Part shown: one piece after another, positions 1 to 13,078 of the stretch
Layout: each line of letters starts with the position of its first letter
Position numbering within the stretch: position 1 is the stretch's first letter
Source: Rhina ancylostomus
Lineage: Eukaryota
Length of the DNA stretch: 64,000 nt
NCBI GenBank assembly: GCA_030265395.1
Contig: JARFYF010000001.1
Location: 112,948,622 to 113,012,621, forward strand
Direction: 5' to 3'
The notes under the pieces: generated by a model
What the model saw: the letters and a program-made list of their open reading frames with translations, nothing else
Databases searched by the model: none
Told to the model about the DNA's origin: nothing
Position numbers and translations under genes: made by a program

Positions 1-560
1 TCCTTATCCCTTTCGAAGCACCTAAACCCCAGAACATCAAGCAACCAATCCTGCCCTCGCGACAGCCAAGTCTCTGTAATGGCCATAACATTGTAATTCC
101 ATGTACTGATTTATGCTCTAAGTTCATCATCCTTATTCTTCACACTTCTCACATTAAAGTAAACATATTTTAACCCATCCAACTGATTGTCAGTCACTAT
201 CTTGAATAAATTCAGCAACAGATCCTCCACAGCCCTCTTAGGTAAAGAGGTTCTTCCTGTCTCTGTCCTGAAAGGCAAACCCCTGATTTTGAGACTGTGA
301 CCTCTGATTCTTGATACCCTAGCCAAGGAAAACATCATCCCTACATCTACACTGTTGAGCTCTTTAAGAATTTTGTACATTTCAATGAGATCACCACTCA
401 TTCTTCTGAATTCAAGAGAGTGTAGGCCCAGTCTGCTTAACTCTCCCATACAACATACATGTTACCCCAGTAATCAAACTGGTGAACTTTTGCTGCACTT
501 CCTCCATAGCAACCGCATCAGTTCTTAAGCAAATTGGACCACACCTGGTCATAATATTCT
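1..560 (-). mobile_element. CR1 LINE remnants (endonuclease fragment and RT C-terminal fragment)
   Basis: ORF 111-449 reads LSRLGLHSLEFRRMSGDLIEMYKIL...RGHSLKIRG (CR1 ORF2 C-terminus); 1-110 resembles the CR1 sequence at ~40590-40710. Confidence 0.8.
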
Positions 561-1159
561 CGGTGTGATCTCACCAGAGTACTAAATAATTGGAGAAAGA
601 TGCCTACTGTGAACGAAGACTCCAAAATTACCCAAGCATTCCAACTCTGTTTTTCATCCACTAGTATTCAATCCACAACAGTATATCACCCACAATAATG
701 TACACTCTAAATATTAATAATCTTTTTGTGTAGAATCTTATCAAAGATCTTCTGAAAGTCCACATATAACATTAATTGCTCACTCTTACTTCTTACTTGT
801 TTTGCTAGCTACAATATCAACATTTTAGACCTTTCAAACATGAATTCTCTTTCATAAATCGACAATGATTCTGTGTAACCCTATGATTTTCTAAGTGTCC
901 AGTTACCACTTCCTTTATAATAGGTTTCAGCATATTCTTGTCAAGTTAGCTGGTCGATAGTTCGAATGAAAGGTCTTTGACACGAAACATAACCCTGTTT
1001 CTCTTTCTACAGTCGCTGCCTGACCAGCTGAGTTTTACCAGCACGTTCTGTTCTTATTTCAGATTTTCAGCATTTGCAGTTTTATTTTATTTTCAGAGCC
1101 TTTGGTTTCCAGTTTTCTCTCTCCCTTCCTTACTAACGTTACATGCTACCTTCAGAAGA

Positions 1160-1480
1160 ACTGAGGGGAGATGAGTCAAGATGGATAAGAAAATGAGAAG
1201 CCTGGACTTAGAGTTAAGGTAATTGGTGGAAGGATTAGAGGGGAATTGAGGAAAAATATTTTCAAGCAAAGATTGGTGAGAAGGTTTTGGAACTCAGTGC
1301 CTGAAAAACGGCTAAAGCAGAATCCTTCATCAGTTTTTAATAGGACACGTTTTGGTGTTTTAATGCTGTTATCTACATTGTTACAGATCAGATGGAAAGA
1401 AATATGACTCACTCTTTTTGGCTTGTATGGACCTGATGGGCCAAATAGCCTCACACAGCACTGTAAATTTCTATGATTGC
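1160..1480 (+). mobile_element. CR1 LINE 3' end remnant
   Basis: Degenerate ORF2 C-terminus (…RGELRKNIFKQRLVRRFWNSVPE…) plus a GGGCCAAATAGCCT 3'UTR motif. Confidence 0.65.
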
Positions 1481-3579
1481 AAGATACCCAGTGGGAAGGG
1501 ATATCATTACCCAGTATCTGCCATGCCCATTGCTTCAATAATAAAAGCCCAGACCAGCCAGTATTTTTAGAAAATCAAGTTAAAACAAAACCATACACAA
1601 TTCAGTTTACACAGATTTATAAAAAAATTAGCTAGGACCCTGCTGTGCATACGTTTCTGAAGACAATTGCTGTTATCTTAACATAGTTATTGGATTGTCA
1701 TGCAGTTGTTGTTCGATTAGGATACAGCAAAATGTGGATCATTGCAAGGCTTCATCATTCTCATCTGCTCAGAATGTATTCCTTTCTTACCAATGAATAT
1801 AAAGCATACTCCCATTATTGGCAATTCACAACCCAAATGCCTCCAGTACCGTTTCTATTACTTTAAGGCATTTATGTAGCAGGAAACAAATATCTGTGAG
1901 CTATCACTTATACAGTTATCCTGTGACCTAACTGTGAAGTGATCTATCAGAAGCTTGTCCTTGCTGTTGAATGATGACACCGAATAAACATTGAACCAAG
2001 ATCTGCTTAGAATCAACAGTGGATTCTTTCAGGAAAACTTGTATCCAAACGAAATCATTAACTTATCACCTACTGACCTGCAGAGTTTAAAATGGCAACA
2101 ACAAAACAAAGAACAATGTATCAAAGGAGCTGAAAGTATTAGTGCTCAATGATTATCATTAAGATTTTTAAAAATCTTTCTTTACTCATTAATATAGTAT
2201 TGAGAAAGAGACTACCAAAGAGTTCCTATAGCAAAAAAGGAAAATATCTTAACATAGTAATTTTCATAACTTCAATGCAGCATTACCTTGTTACTAAATG
2301 TCAATCTAGCTTATGTGCTTAGGCTCTGAATAGGGTAAGATAAAAAGTATTCACAAAACAGACATGAAAATCTGCCCCGCTTCTTTTACAAAGCTTCTCT
2401 GCTTTTCACACCCTTAGTAACCTAAACTCACCAAAAGATTCAAGGTACAGCTGTTTCCCTCAGGCTCCTAGTCCCATTCTCCCTGATCACTCAATTTGCC
2501 TGTACTTATCATTCTCAGTCCAAAACTTCTTTATTCACTCCCAGCTTGGTCGACTCATTTCCAAGTTTCAGCGCCAAATCTCTCTACTCTCCTGGACACA
2601 TTGGGCTGAACTGATGAACACCTCCCTGCATATAAATCCTCTATTAACTTACTGAACTGCCCTTCCAGAACACATCAGCCAGTCAAATGGTAACATCATT
2701 TTCTGAGAGTTGAAAGAAAGAAAATAACCAGCAATGGGTGAAGCAGCTGCATCATCCTCAGGAAAGGCTGCTGAGTAGAGGTGAATAATTAGAAGAGGAT
2801 TTTCTGATGGCTACCTGGAGGTACTGTTACCTCAAATGAGGACCAAAGGAGATAGGCTTCTGGTAATAAGAGCAGGAAGCCCCATTAGATCCTGTTAAGA
2901 CTGTCTGGAGGGAGCTGACATGAAAAATCAACACAAAGCTAAATATTGTCATCTCATTCCCAAAATCTAGTATCCTAGGACTGGAACTCACTTCTGCAAA
3001 AGGCAATCTTTCCCAAACTTCTTTAATCAAAATCACTCTGGCAGCTCCTAGTGTCATCCTGGCCACTACAGCTACAACAATCATTAAGGATACTTGCTTT
3101 AAACAATAACATACTTTCACATCTCGTCATCATTGTATGAAAAGGAGTCAGCAATGCTCACACACCCAAAGCATTGCCTAATCTCCCCCTAAAAGCTGTC
3201 CAATGCTAACATTCCGCAATGTGAAGAGCAGCACTGAAAACTGAGCACGTGATCATGACTTGGTATACTGCACATGACGTAATGCCATGAGACATATGCC
3301 ACACATTGAGTAAGTGTACAGATCCTCCCATCTTTACCACAAGTTGGAAGTGTCAATTAACTTGTTAGCTTTAGCAGACTCCCAACTAAAACGTGCACAT
3401 TGCAGCCAGTCAGACAAGTAGTTCCAGGCAGTATTAATGCATCTAATCATAATGTTGACTGCCCAATTGGAAACCTTCATAGAACACAAATGAGAACACA
3501 GGAGAATTAAAGAATTGAGAGTGGAATGTGCAGAATGTGAAGAGTGGGCATTTCATAAATCATGGGAATACAAGGAGAA

Positions 3580-5020
3580 CTCAAATAACAACAAATAATC
3601 TGCTCGTGGAAGTCAGGAGGGAGAAGGAATTGTTGAGGTTTTGGTTTCAAACATTGCATGAGGGTGGAGAGGGAAGACACACAGTATAAAGAAGAGATCG
3701 GGAGTGGTGAGACTGGGGCCAGTGGGTGATTGGTAGACCAACGAGGGGTAAAAAATGACAGGCAGATGGAGGAAAGGGAGGGGGAAGCTAGAGACAGCTG
3801 GGAGGGTGATAAGCAGAAACACAAAGGCTACCAGTGCTAGAATCTGTTAAGTTAGGAAGGTGATAATGGGAACCATTAGGGGAGAGGTAGGCAGATGGAA
3901 CCAGGTGGGGGACTGTTGNNNNNNNNNNNNNNNNNNNNNNNNNNNNNNNNNNNNNNNNNNNNNNNNNNNNNNNNNNNNNNNNNNNNNNNNNNNNNNNNNN
4001 NNNNNNNNNNNNNNNNNNACCATTAGGGGAGAGGTAGGCAGATGGAACCAGGTGGGGGACAGTTGAGGGTGGGGGGTTAGAACAGGAATTTATAGAAGGA
4101 GAATAACCAGCAATGGGTGAGGCTGCTGCATCATCCTCAAGAAGGGCTGGTGAGTAGAGGTCAATAATTCGAAGATCATTCTCTGATGGCTTCCTGGAGG
4201 TACTGTTACCTCTACTGAGGACCAGAGGAGATAGGCTTCTAGTAATAGGAGCAGGAAGCTCCATTAGATCCTGTTGAGGCTGTCTGAAACTGTAAAATTT
4301 AATGTTCATACCATTGGGTTGTAGAGCACTCAGGCAGAATATGAAGTATTGCACCTCTGGTTTGTGTTGGGCTCACCTGTCAGTGGAGAAGGCAAGCACT
4401 GACAGGTTGGTGTGGGAATGTAAAGGGGGCTTGAAATGCCATGCAACTGAGAGCTCGCAAAATCCACTGCAGAGAGAGCACACCACTCTGCAAATCGGTC
4501 GCCTAGTCTGCACTTGGTCTCGCTGATGTAGAGGAGGCCACGTCAGGAGCACTGAATGCAGTACACAAGATTGGAGATGGTGCACGTGAATCTTTGCCTC
4601 ACCTGGGAGGGCTGTGAGGGTCCCTAGATGGTGGTGAGGGAGGAGGTGTGAAAACAAGTGTTGCAACTTCCGTGTTTGTAGGTGAAAGTACTAGGGTTCA
4701 GGGAAGGGTGGGTGGGGAGGGATGAGCAGACCTGGGATTCACAAAGGAAGTGGTCCCTGCCGAAAGGGCTGGGGAGAAGATGTGGCTGGTGGTGGGACCT
4801 CATTGCAGCTTCTGAAAATAACAGATGATATGCTGTATTCAGAGGTTAGTAGGGTGAACAGTGAAGACACAGGGAACTCTATCTCTGTTCTGTTTGGAGG
4901 GAGGTGGGGTGTGAGAGCAGAAGTCCAAGAATGAGAGGAAATGCGAGAGAGGGCTCCATCAACCAAAATAAAAGGGAAGTCACATCTCCTGAAAAAGAGG
5001 ACATTTCGGATCCAAAGAAT
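3580..5020 (-). mobile_element. Penelope-like retroelement remnant (GIY-YIG endonuclease and 3' tail)
   Basis: Minus strand ~4490-4670 translates CNTCFHTSSLTTI*GPSQPSQVRQRFTCTISNLVYCIQCS*RGLLYISETKCRLGDRFAE, the Penelope CCHH/GIY-YIG signature, with stops. Confidence 0.85.
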
Positions 5021-5099
5021 TGCACAGTAGTCATCAAAATAATCCCCGGGAATTCAAACCACTGCTTGATCAAAAGATAATTTAATTAAAATTTCATCA

Positions 5100-5600
5100 C
5101 AAAAGTACTGAGGGGGGGATTGAAAGGATATCCACTGAGGGAATTAATAGCCTACAATTAGTAAGATCTGATGGGCAGGTCACATCATTCGTATGCCTAA
5201 CACCTGTTTCCTGAAACAGGCACTTCATTCGGAGCCCTAGCACTGGAAGGGATTTCCAGGTAGACAGAGGAAATGATTCAAGGGGAAGGCCAAAGACGTC
5301 AAGAAAAATGCAACATTCCCACTGACTCTTGATATCCTTGGCCCATGACTGCTCAAAGTGAAAGAGCAGACAGGGATCATATTGAGAAACTTGAGTCCAT
5401 GCATCAAAAGCACACAGAGCCTTGTGTAAAAGGGATAAGAAGCACAAACACTTCACAGACTACTCACCATGTGCCCAATCAGGTACCTCCTGCCCCATTT
5501 GAAGAACAGCTTTAGGGTTCCCACATATGCCACATCAGTCACCTCAAAATGCACAAAACCGGAATGGAAGAAAGTCTTCATCAATCCTAAGGGGCTGCCA
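5100..5600 (+). mobile_element. RTE-type LINE 3' remnant
   Basis: Frameshifted C-terminal RTE-like motifs (…LKQALHSE…KKCNIPTDS*…LAHDCSK…). Confidence 0.6.
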
Positions 5601-8600
5601 AGAAGTAAAGATCAGATTATATGCTGAAAGGTCCTTTAATACACTGAGGGATAAATACATGAACAGAATGACATGAAGAGCAATCTCCTTACTCACACCC
5701 AGGCATAAATACATAAGACCAGAGCATCAATCTATGACAATGATTGCAGCCTTACCTCTGACATCAGAGATAAACACAGAGTCTACTGCTACTTAACCTA
5801 TCCCTCCAAGTACCAGTTCATTCCATAATACCCAATTAACCTGCTGTCCCCAACTTTCCCAAAAGGGCACATTCCTTTTATCTAGACATATCCTCATTTT
5901 CAACTATATCAGACGTATACTTTACAAGTCCACATTATCCATGATTAGCTGCATTTCTCTCAATGTTTAAAAAGTTCATCCTGTTATATGGACTCAAATT
6001 TTATCGTAAACTGAGTTAACAGATTAAAATGCCCCAGCTTATCCATTTCCCATGGGGTGTTGCACTCATTATCCCTCCCATCTGCTTAAGTATTTGTAAA
6101 GTCAGTGATAGCCTCTCGTGCTGAGCTTAATTGGAACTAATGCATCCCAATGTTCTAATCATTTGAGCATTATATGGTATTTCAAGATGAATTGAATATT
6201 ACTTGGTATGATAATAGCACCACAGGAGTCATTTTCCAACACAAGACATAAATCATCAAGGAAATATAGAAGTACAAGTGAACAACAATTTTCTTTATTC
6301 TTTTAAAGTGATGTTCTGTGCTCAGTAATAGGCCAGAAATTTCAGCTCACAACTTAAATACTTCAAGATGCCACGCTGGCAATGGAAGCTTGAGTGAAAG
6401 CAAACATTTGGGATGATTTCTATACAAAAGGTATAATTTATTACATTCTGGAGTAGGCGCAATAAAACAGTAGGTGTAGGGTTACGTGTAATGTCAAGGT
6501 GAACTTGAATATTAACCAATACACTGAAAATTTTCATTTATTACACTGCCTATTGTTAGTTTTGCAGAAAGCTACATAGTATTAAGCATAGAACAGTGCA
6601 TTAAAAGAATAAAGAAAATATTGTCTACTTTTACTTATGAATAGATTGCCATTAGATTTACATATTATGTTGGAAAATGGCTCAAAGAGGAATGCTCCAG
6701 TTGTAGAGCTAAGATATTGTATTTACTGAGACGGGGGGGCCATCATGTTTATAATGCTCACCCAACAGAAACCTTGCAGAAGCAATACAAATGAGGAAAT
6801 TACTAACTTACTCAAAACTCTGTACACATATTGCCCAACACTGTCAGTTTCAATATATATTCCAAATGGGTGGGTATATTTATGCTAATTGGAGTCCCAT
6901 TATGTTAAAGGCTGCTGATTGCATTTTAACTAGGGCCTTGAGCAGCTAAACAGCAGCTGCTGAAGCAGATCCTATAAAGAGAAAAGGCTTTCCAAACTAA
7001 GCGCAAATCATTAAGGGGCCAGAAATAGGAGAACTCCAACAGGCTCATGAGGGAAACCACAACCCCTTTCTGCCTGCCTCCTGAAGTTCCCCTCATGATA
7101 CTTACCCGCTTGTGGATGAGCCTGCCCCTTAGTGTCAGAAACTGCTCAGGCAAACTTCTCCCCTGTTGACCAGCTCCTACCTTCAGCATGTTCTGAGTGG
7201 ACAGCCGACCAACAGCTTGTCTGAAATTTTGATCACTGAATACATCCTGCACAAACTTCACCTTCTGCTCATCCAAAACCCGGTCAGCATTAAATATCAA
7301 CTCAGGCATTCTCCCACTTTTAATTCAAAGCTGCGTGAAGCGATAAATCTGAAGTTAAATGCTCTTTATAAAAATATCCTAAGAATAATTTCTATTCCTT
7401 AATTCATACTGTAAATTTTGAAATTAACTTGTAAGCCACTCAGTTCCGGGCAGTCAGGGATAAAAGATAAATCCTACTTAGGCAGAAATGCCCAAATGAA
7501 TGAAAACAAAGTTATCTCAGAATGAAACAGAGGTAAAAGGAAGTATCTTTAAAAATTAAAGATAATGAAAGTTTCATCTTTCATTTCAAAATTATTGTGT
7601 TTTGGCCAAGAAAGTAGGACCCAAGTTGTGTTTTTTTCTCCAAACGCCATCCAATTCCTAAATCCACAAGACAGCTGATATCAGAATGCAAAATCTAATC
7701 ATGAGAAATTACAGAAGGCTATTTTCCCAATATTTTTAATTGCTAAATTCACAAACTTTATTTTTGGCACAAAGAATTACTTAGCTTCAAAGTGACTGGT
7801 GTGTCTTTACCATTGATAACAGTAACATTTAACAGGATTTATTGGTGTATCTACCTTGAAAATACACACACTGATCAAAGTGACATAGACAAATTAGCAA
7901 TAGCAGACCATTTATCTAAAAACTGCTGCTCTTATCCAACTCATTGAAACAGATCCCAATGGGAAAGTTTCCATTCCAGCACATCAGCTTTAGATTTGCA
8001 GATATTCCAGGCAAATTGAGGATTTCTCACATTCTTCTGTTCACTGTCAAAGGATAACAGGAAAGCAGCATTCCCTCTGAGCTGATATGATTAGATCTTC
8101 AAGATTGTGCACAGGATCAATGGAAAAAAAAACCTCACTGTAATAAAAAAAATGCTCAAATGTTGGTAGTTGTGATTTCCTTGGGGAAACTTTCACCTGG
8201 CAAGTAGACAACCAACAGTTTAAAATTAAGGATGGACATTGTGCACCTATTTGCCCAGTTAAAACAATGCCTATAAATGGGCTCCCATCACCCCCATCCA
8301 AATAAGATGGGAGACTGTTTAGATGAGCAATTTAAAGTCCTACACCTATTATGCATCTGCAAATGCAGTTCTTGTGGAGAAACATGACACCCATCTCACC
8401 CACCAAGAGAGATTATGGAGTCACCAAGGAAGATGTTGCTGTCAAGTGCAACTATTTCAGCATTCTCTCTGTTAGATAGGGTGCACTATAGAAGGATCTG
8501 ACATTAGGAAAAGATGTTTTGGTCCAACCGAACACCTTTTTGTTGAAGGTCAATCTGACCCTAGCATCATGTGATTTATTTTCATTTCAACTGCCGAGAC

Positions 8601-9499
8601 AAGAATCCAGTGGTGCAGGTTGTTGGCCCAATTTTCAGGAAATTATAAAAAAAGGTAGGGTGACCAACTCAGACATTACCATCTAGGTAAAACAAAAAAC
8701 TTACCCCATTGTGCTAAAAGTCCTTTCCCCAAATTACTTCTAGTTGCCTTTTGACACATTTCTGCAAATTGCTTAAATTAGATTTTCTAGTTCATGACCT
8801 TTTGTACTGGACAGGTTGCCTTAATTCCTTATTTATTTTTAATTCTTAAATGATATTTACTATATTCTGAGATCAGAATTTCTAGGGATCAATTGAACCA
8901 AATTTGAGGCAAGAAAAAGCATGAAAAAAAAACACTAAGGAACCTTCCTAATGCTAGTGAAGGAAATTACAGAAAGCAAATTAGCTGACACCATAAGAAC
9001 ATAAGATATAGGAAAGGAATACTGTTGGAATAATGCTAAGCTATTCAACGAGATCAAGGTTGGTGTGATCTTGGTTTCAGCTCCACCTTCCTGATTGGTT
9101 CCCATAATCCTCAACTCTCCTATATTCAACAAAGTCTAATGTTAATTGAGAAATAGTGTAGACAGATTGTGGAAGTGACTTCTCCCAGAAACCACACTGA
9201 CATGCGGGTAAAGGTGAACACTACTAACTTAGAGCTTTTTTTTATTCATTTTTCAGAAATGTGACTGATGAGGCCAAAATTATTGCCCAACCCTAAGTGC
9301 CCTCAAATAGATGGCAGTGATTTGCCTTGCTGAACTACTGCAGTTGCTTTCATTTATAAGTAACAGATAATGTTCAATTTTGAAATTATCAGGGCAACAG
9401 AACTGAATGCACAGGTGAGCACAATCAGTGGCTGATAGTCTTGCACACATTCAGAGGAATTTCTTCCCATTACTCTCCTCTATGGCAACTTTAGGTGAA

Positions 9500-10020
9500 G
9501 AAATGGTTCCAGAACTCAACTTTAAATGGCCTATCCTGTATCCTGAGACTGTGAACCTTGGTTCTGGACCCCTCAGCCATTGGGAAGATCTTCCCTGTAA
9601 ACCGTTAGTCTTGTTAGAATTTTATAGTTTCTACTCTCTCATTCTTCAATACTCCAATCTAGAGAGGCCTAACGGATCCAATCTACCCTCATACATCAGT
9701 CCTGCTATCCCAGCGATCAGTCCATGAACTTTTTGTTGCAGTCCCTCCATNNNNNNNNNNNNNNNNNNNNNNNNNNNNNNNNNNNNNNNNNNNNNNNNNN
9801 NNNNNNNNNNNNNNNNNNNNNNNNNNNNNNNNNNNNNNNNNNNNNNNNNNCATGGCACAAACACCTTTTCCCAGATTAGGCAACAAAAACTGCACACAAT
9901 ACTCCTGATGGGGCTTCACCAAGAACCTGTGCAGCTGCAGCACGACATTATTGTTCCTGTACTCATCCTCATAATGAACACCGACATTGCCCATTGCCTT
10001 CCTAAATGCTGCTGCACCAT
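9500..10020 (-). mobile_element. CR1 LINE RT C-terminal remnant (gap inside)
   Basis: ORFs read VVLQLHRFLVKPHQEYCVQF and MYEGRLDPLGLSRLE, typical of the CR1 ORF2 end. Confidence 0.75.
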
Positions 10021-11129
10021 TCTGCATGCTTTCTCATGAAGGTACTCCAGCAGTAGGGAGTTCCAGGAGATAGACCCAGTTATTACGAAGAACCAGTGAT
10101 ATCCTTCCAAATCAGGATGGCGTGCGACTTGGAGGGGAACCTGCCATATGGTGATGTTCCTATGCATCAGCTGTCCTTATCCTTCCTGGTAGTAGGATGT
10201 TCTTGGAATTACCTGGTTAAGTCACTGCAGTGCATTTTGTAGATGGTACATACTTCAGGCACTGTGTACTGGGGTTGGATCGGATATAGGAAGGAGGAGA
10301 AATACCCCAAATTTTTATTGTTTTCATTTATAAGTAACAGATGATGTTCGATTTTGGAATTAACAAGGCAACTGAATGCACAGAAGGTGAGCACAATCAG
10401 TGGCTAATAGTCTTGCACACATTCAAAAGAATTTCTTCCCATTACTCTCCTCTATGGCAACCGCAAATTCAATACACCTGCACCCTCTTAGCACTGAGAC
10501 CCAGGCTATTCATCAACAAAAGATGATTAGCAAAGGAGATAAAACTGCCCTATCTCCAGCAACTTTTCTTCATTGATTCCTGAAACCTTTTCAATACGAA
10601 CATTTGAAACAATTAGCTTTCTAACTTATTTGTTCAAGTTTTTTTTATTGTGAAGTAATATGCTTTTTTGTGTATTACAGGATAGGTCACTGCTACATCC
10701 AAATGCATTCAAAAATCCTATAAAATGAGAAGTTTTGAGGAATTTCAATCTGGAGTGAGATTGGGGAGGGGGTACAGCTGTTGAGCAAGAAAGTGGATTA
10801 AGGAACGCAGTGAGCTTTGAATAAGGGAAGTAATTAGGTTCTAACTACACAGACCATAACTTATTGCATGTGAAATTAAAATTACAGACAAGTGACCCAC
10901 TTTGATAAAAGCAACTTATTGTAAATGCTACAAGCAATTTGCTGGAGGAACTTAGGGGGTTGAGCAGCAGCTGTAGTTACGGGACTGATGCAGGGTTTTG
11001 ATCTGTAACTTTGACCATTTCTTCTCCCAACCCCACAGATCCTGCTTGACTCGCCGAGTTCCTCCAGCAGATTGTTTGTTGCTCCAGAATCTAGCACCTG
11101 CCATCTCATTTCTCTGTGTAAATGCGATA

Positions 11130-11351
11130 CAGGCAGTACTCAGGTTACAACAGGGTTCAGTTCCCGAGAACTGCTCATAACCTGAACTGTTTGTTAAAGG
11201 CAAGTGGAAATGTCCCGTTCCCACCAAGCAGAAGAATTCAGCAGCCCTGCAGCTGGAAAATCCATCTCTGTCCATCCCACCGGTCTCCCAAATGCTCATT
11301 CGTATGCACAGGTTGTCCCTAAATCAGTGTTTGTAACCTGGGGAGCATCTG
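11130..11351. mobile_element. Tigger/pogo-type (Tc1/mariner superfamily) MITE, 222 bp
   Basis: TA on both flanks (11128-29, 11352-53); terminal inverted repeats CAGGCAGTACTCAGGTTACAA and CAGATGCTCCCCAGGTTACAA match 15/21. Confidence 0.7.
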
Positions 11352-13078
11352 TAACCTGAAATCATAAAATGCTGGTTAGGCAGCACCTGTGGAGAAAGAA
11401 ACAGGGTTGATGTCTCTAGGGAATGATCATTCATCAGAACTGTTCTAAATCTTGCCTGGCATGATTCCAGAGCCATACTAATGTGGTCCACTCTTAACTG
11501 CACTCAAATTACCAAACAAGCCACTCAGTTCAAACGCGATAGGAATGCACAACCTTGCCACCATTGCTCATACAACATAAAGGGGTAAAATAAATACCAA
11601 GAGACCATGAACAGATAAGTATTTTCCCTCATCCCAAAGTTCAGCAAGTTCCTTAACCCCTCTCCTTGCTCAACAATTTTAGTCCCTCTCCACTCTAGTT
11701 CCAGATTGAAACCCCACAAAACAATGCTCATTTTATAAGTCTTTGAATGCAAAAAAAGGCAATGCATACACATAGTCATAGGGAGATACAGAAGGGAAAC
11801 CGACACAGAGTCTGCACCAACCAGCAGACATCTATTTTTATTCTAATCCTACCCTACCCCATTTTATGCTCCCCATATTCCCATAAACTCCCCCCCCCCA
11901 CCCCCCGATTCTGCCATTCACGCACTAGTGGCAATTTAGAGCAGCCAATTAACCAATCAACCTCCACATGGTCTCAGAGAGAACATCCAAACTCCACACA
12001 GACAGCACCAGAGGNNNNNNNNNNNNNNNNNNNNNNNNNNNNNNNNNNNNNNNNNNNNNNNNNNNNNNNNNNNNNNNNNNNNNNNNNNNNNNNNNNNNNN
12101 NNNNNNNNNNNNNNNNNNNNNNNNNNNNNNNNNNNNNNNNNNNNNNNNNNNNNNNNNNNNNNNNNNNNNNNNNNNNNNNNNNNNNNNNNNNNNNNNNNNN
12201 NNNNNNNNNNNNNNNNNNNNNNNNNNNNNNNNNNNNNNNNNNNTTGGAAAACAGCTGGGCCCTGACAAGTAGCTTCACACTGAGACATCTTAAAGACAAA
12301 ATAGGAAATTTTAAAACAGTGGTGGTAATTTCAGGAAAAAAAGCTGTTGTAAATTTGATCAAAGAAAGATCTCCCATTTGTCTCAAATTACACTGCTGAA
12401 TGCTTGCTAAGAGAAATCAAGATCTTAGTAGATGTCCACTACTGAGATAGTAGTGACAGGGATTCAATCACAGCTGATTTCTAACAGATAAATGCTCAGT
12501 ACCTGTTTCATGTCATACTGCTGGGACACTTCAACCCAGTCTGATTTTTATCACACAGTTATTAAAAGGCCTACTCCTGATATCTGAACTTTTGATATTA
12601 TCTGCATGCACAATGTCACAGATGTTATCCACTTTAACCAGCACACAAAAGCAACTATGTAACAGTTATGAAGCCATAACATCATAAATCAATGAGTAAA
12701 GCAAGAGAAGTCTATGCAGTTATTTGTTCCAGGCCAATGAAGTCTGTTAACCCTCCTCACTGTGATATTGCTTAACTATTATTTGCAGCAATTCTAAATC
12801 TACTTGAGTCATTTCACTTGTCTTTTGATCACGTGTGACAAAATGTTTATTAATCCATGAGAATGCAAACTGGTGTGAAAAAGGATTGCGTCTTTTAGGA
12901 TTCTTTACACGTCAGTAACTTTGCAGCAAATTATTTGAATTGCAAATTAAGTATTTCAGTCTCAGAACAAAACTAAATACAACCAATTATACAAAAAGCA
13001 AGGCTTTGCAATATAAAGAAGAACATTAGCAACTTCATCCCCCATCTTACATACCAGTTAGCATTTAAATTATTAGCA

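Noticed and set aside
3873-4065. ~45-bp direct repeat on both sides of a 100-N gap
   Set aside because: Near-identical flanks around a placeholder gap are most simply an unmerged contig overlap or haplotype echo.
3788-4354. 188-aa minus-strand ORF spanning the duplicated 185-bp block
   Set aside because: It crosses a gap, is a TE/insert chimera, and the same frame is closed by stop codons in the other copy at 2723-2907.
6926-7309. 127-aa minus-strand ORF
   Set aside because: No recognisable domain or supporting splice structure; the region looks like an old degenerate interspersed repeat.
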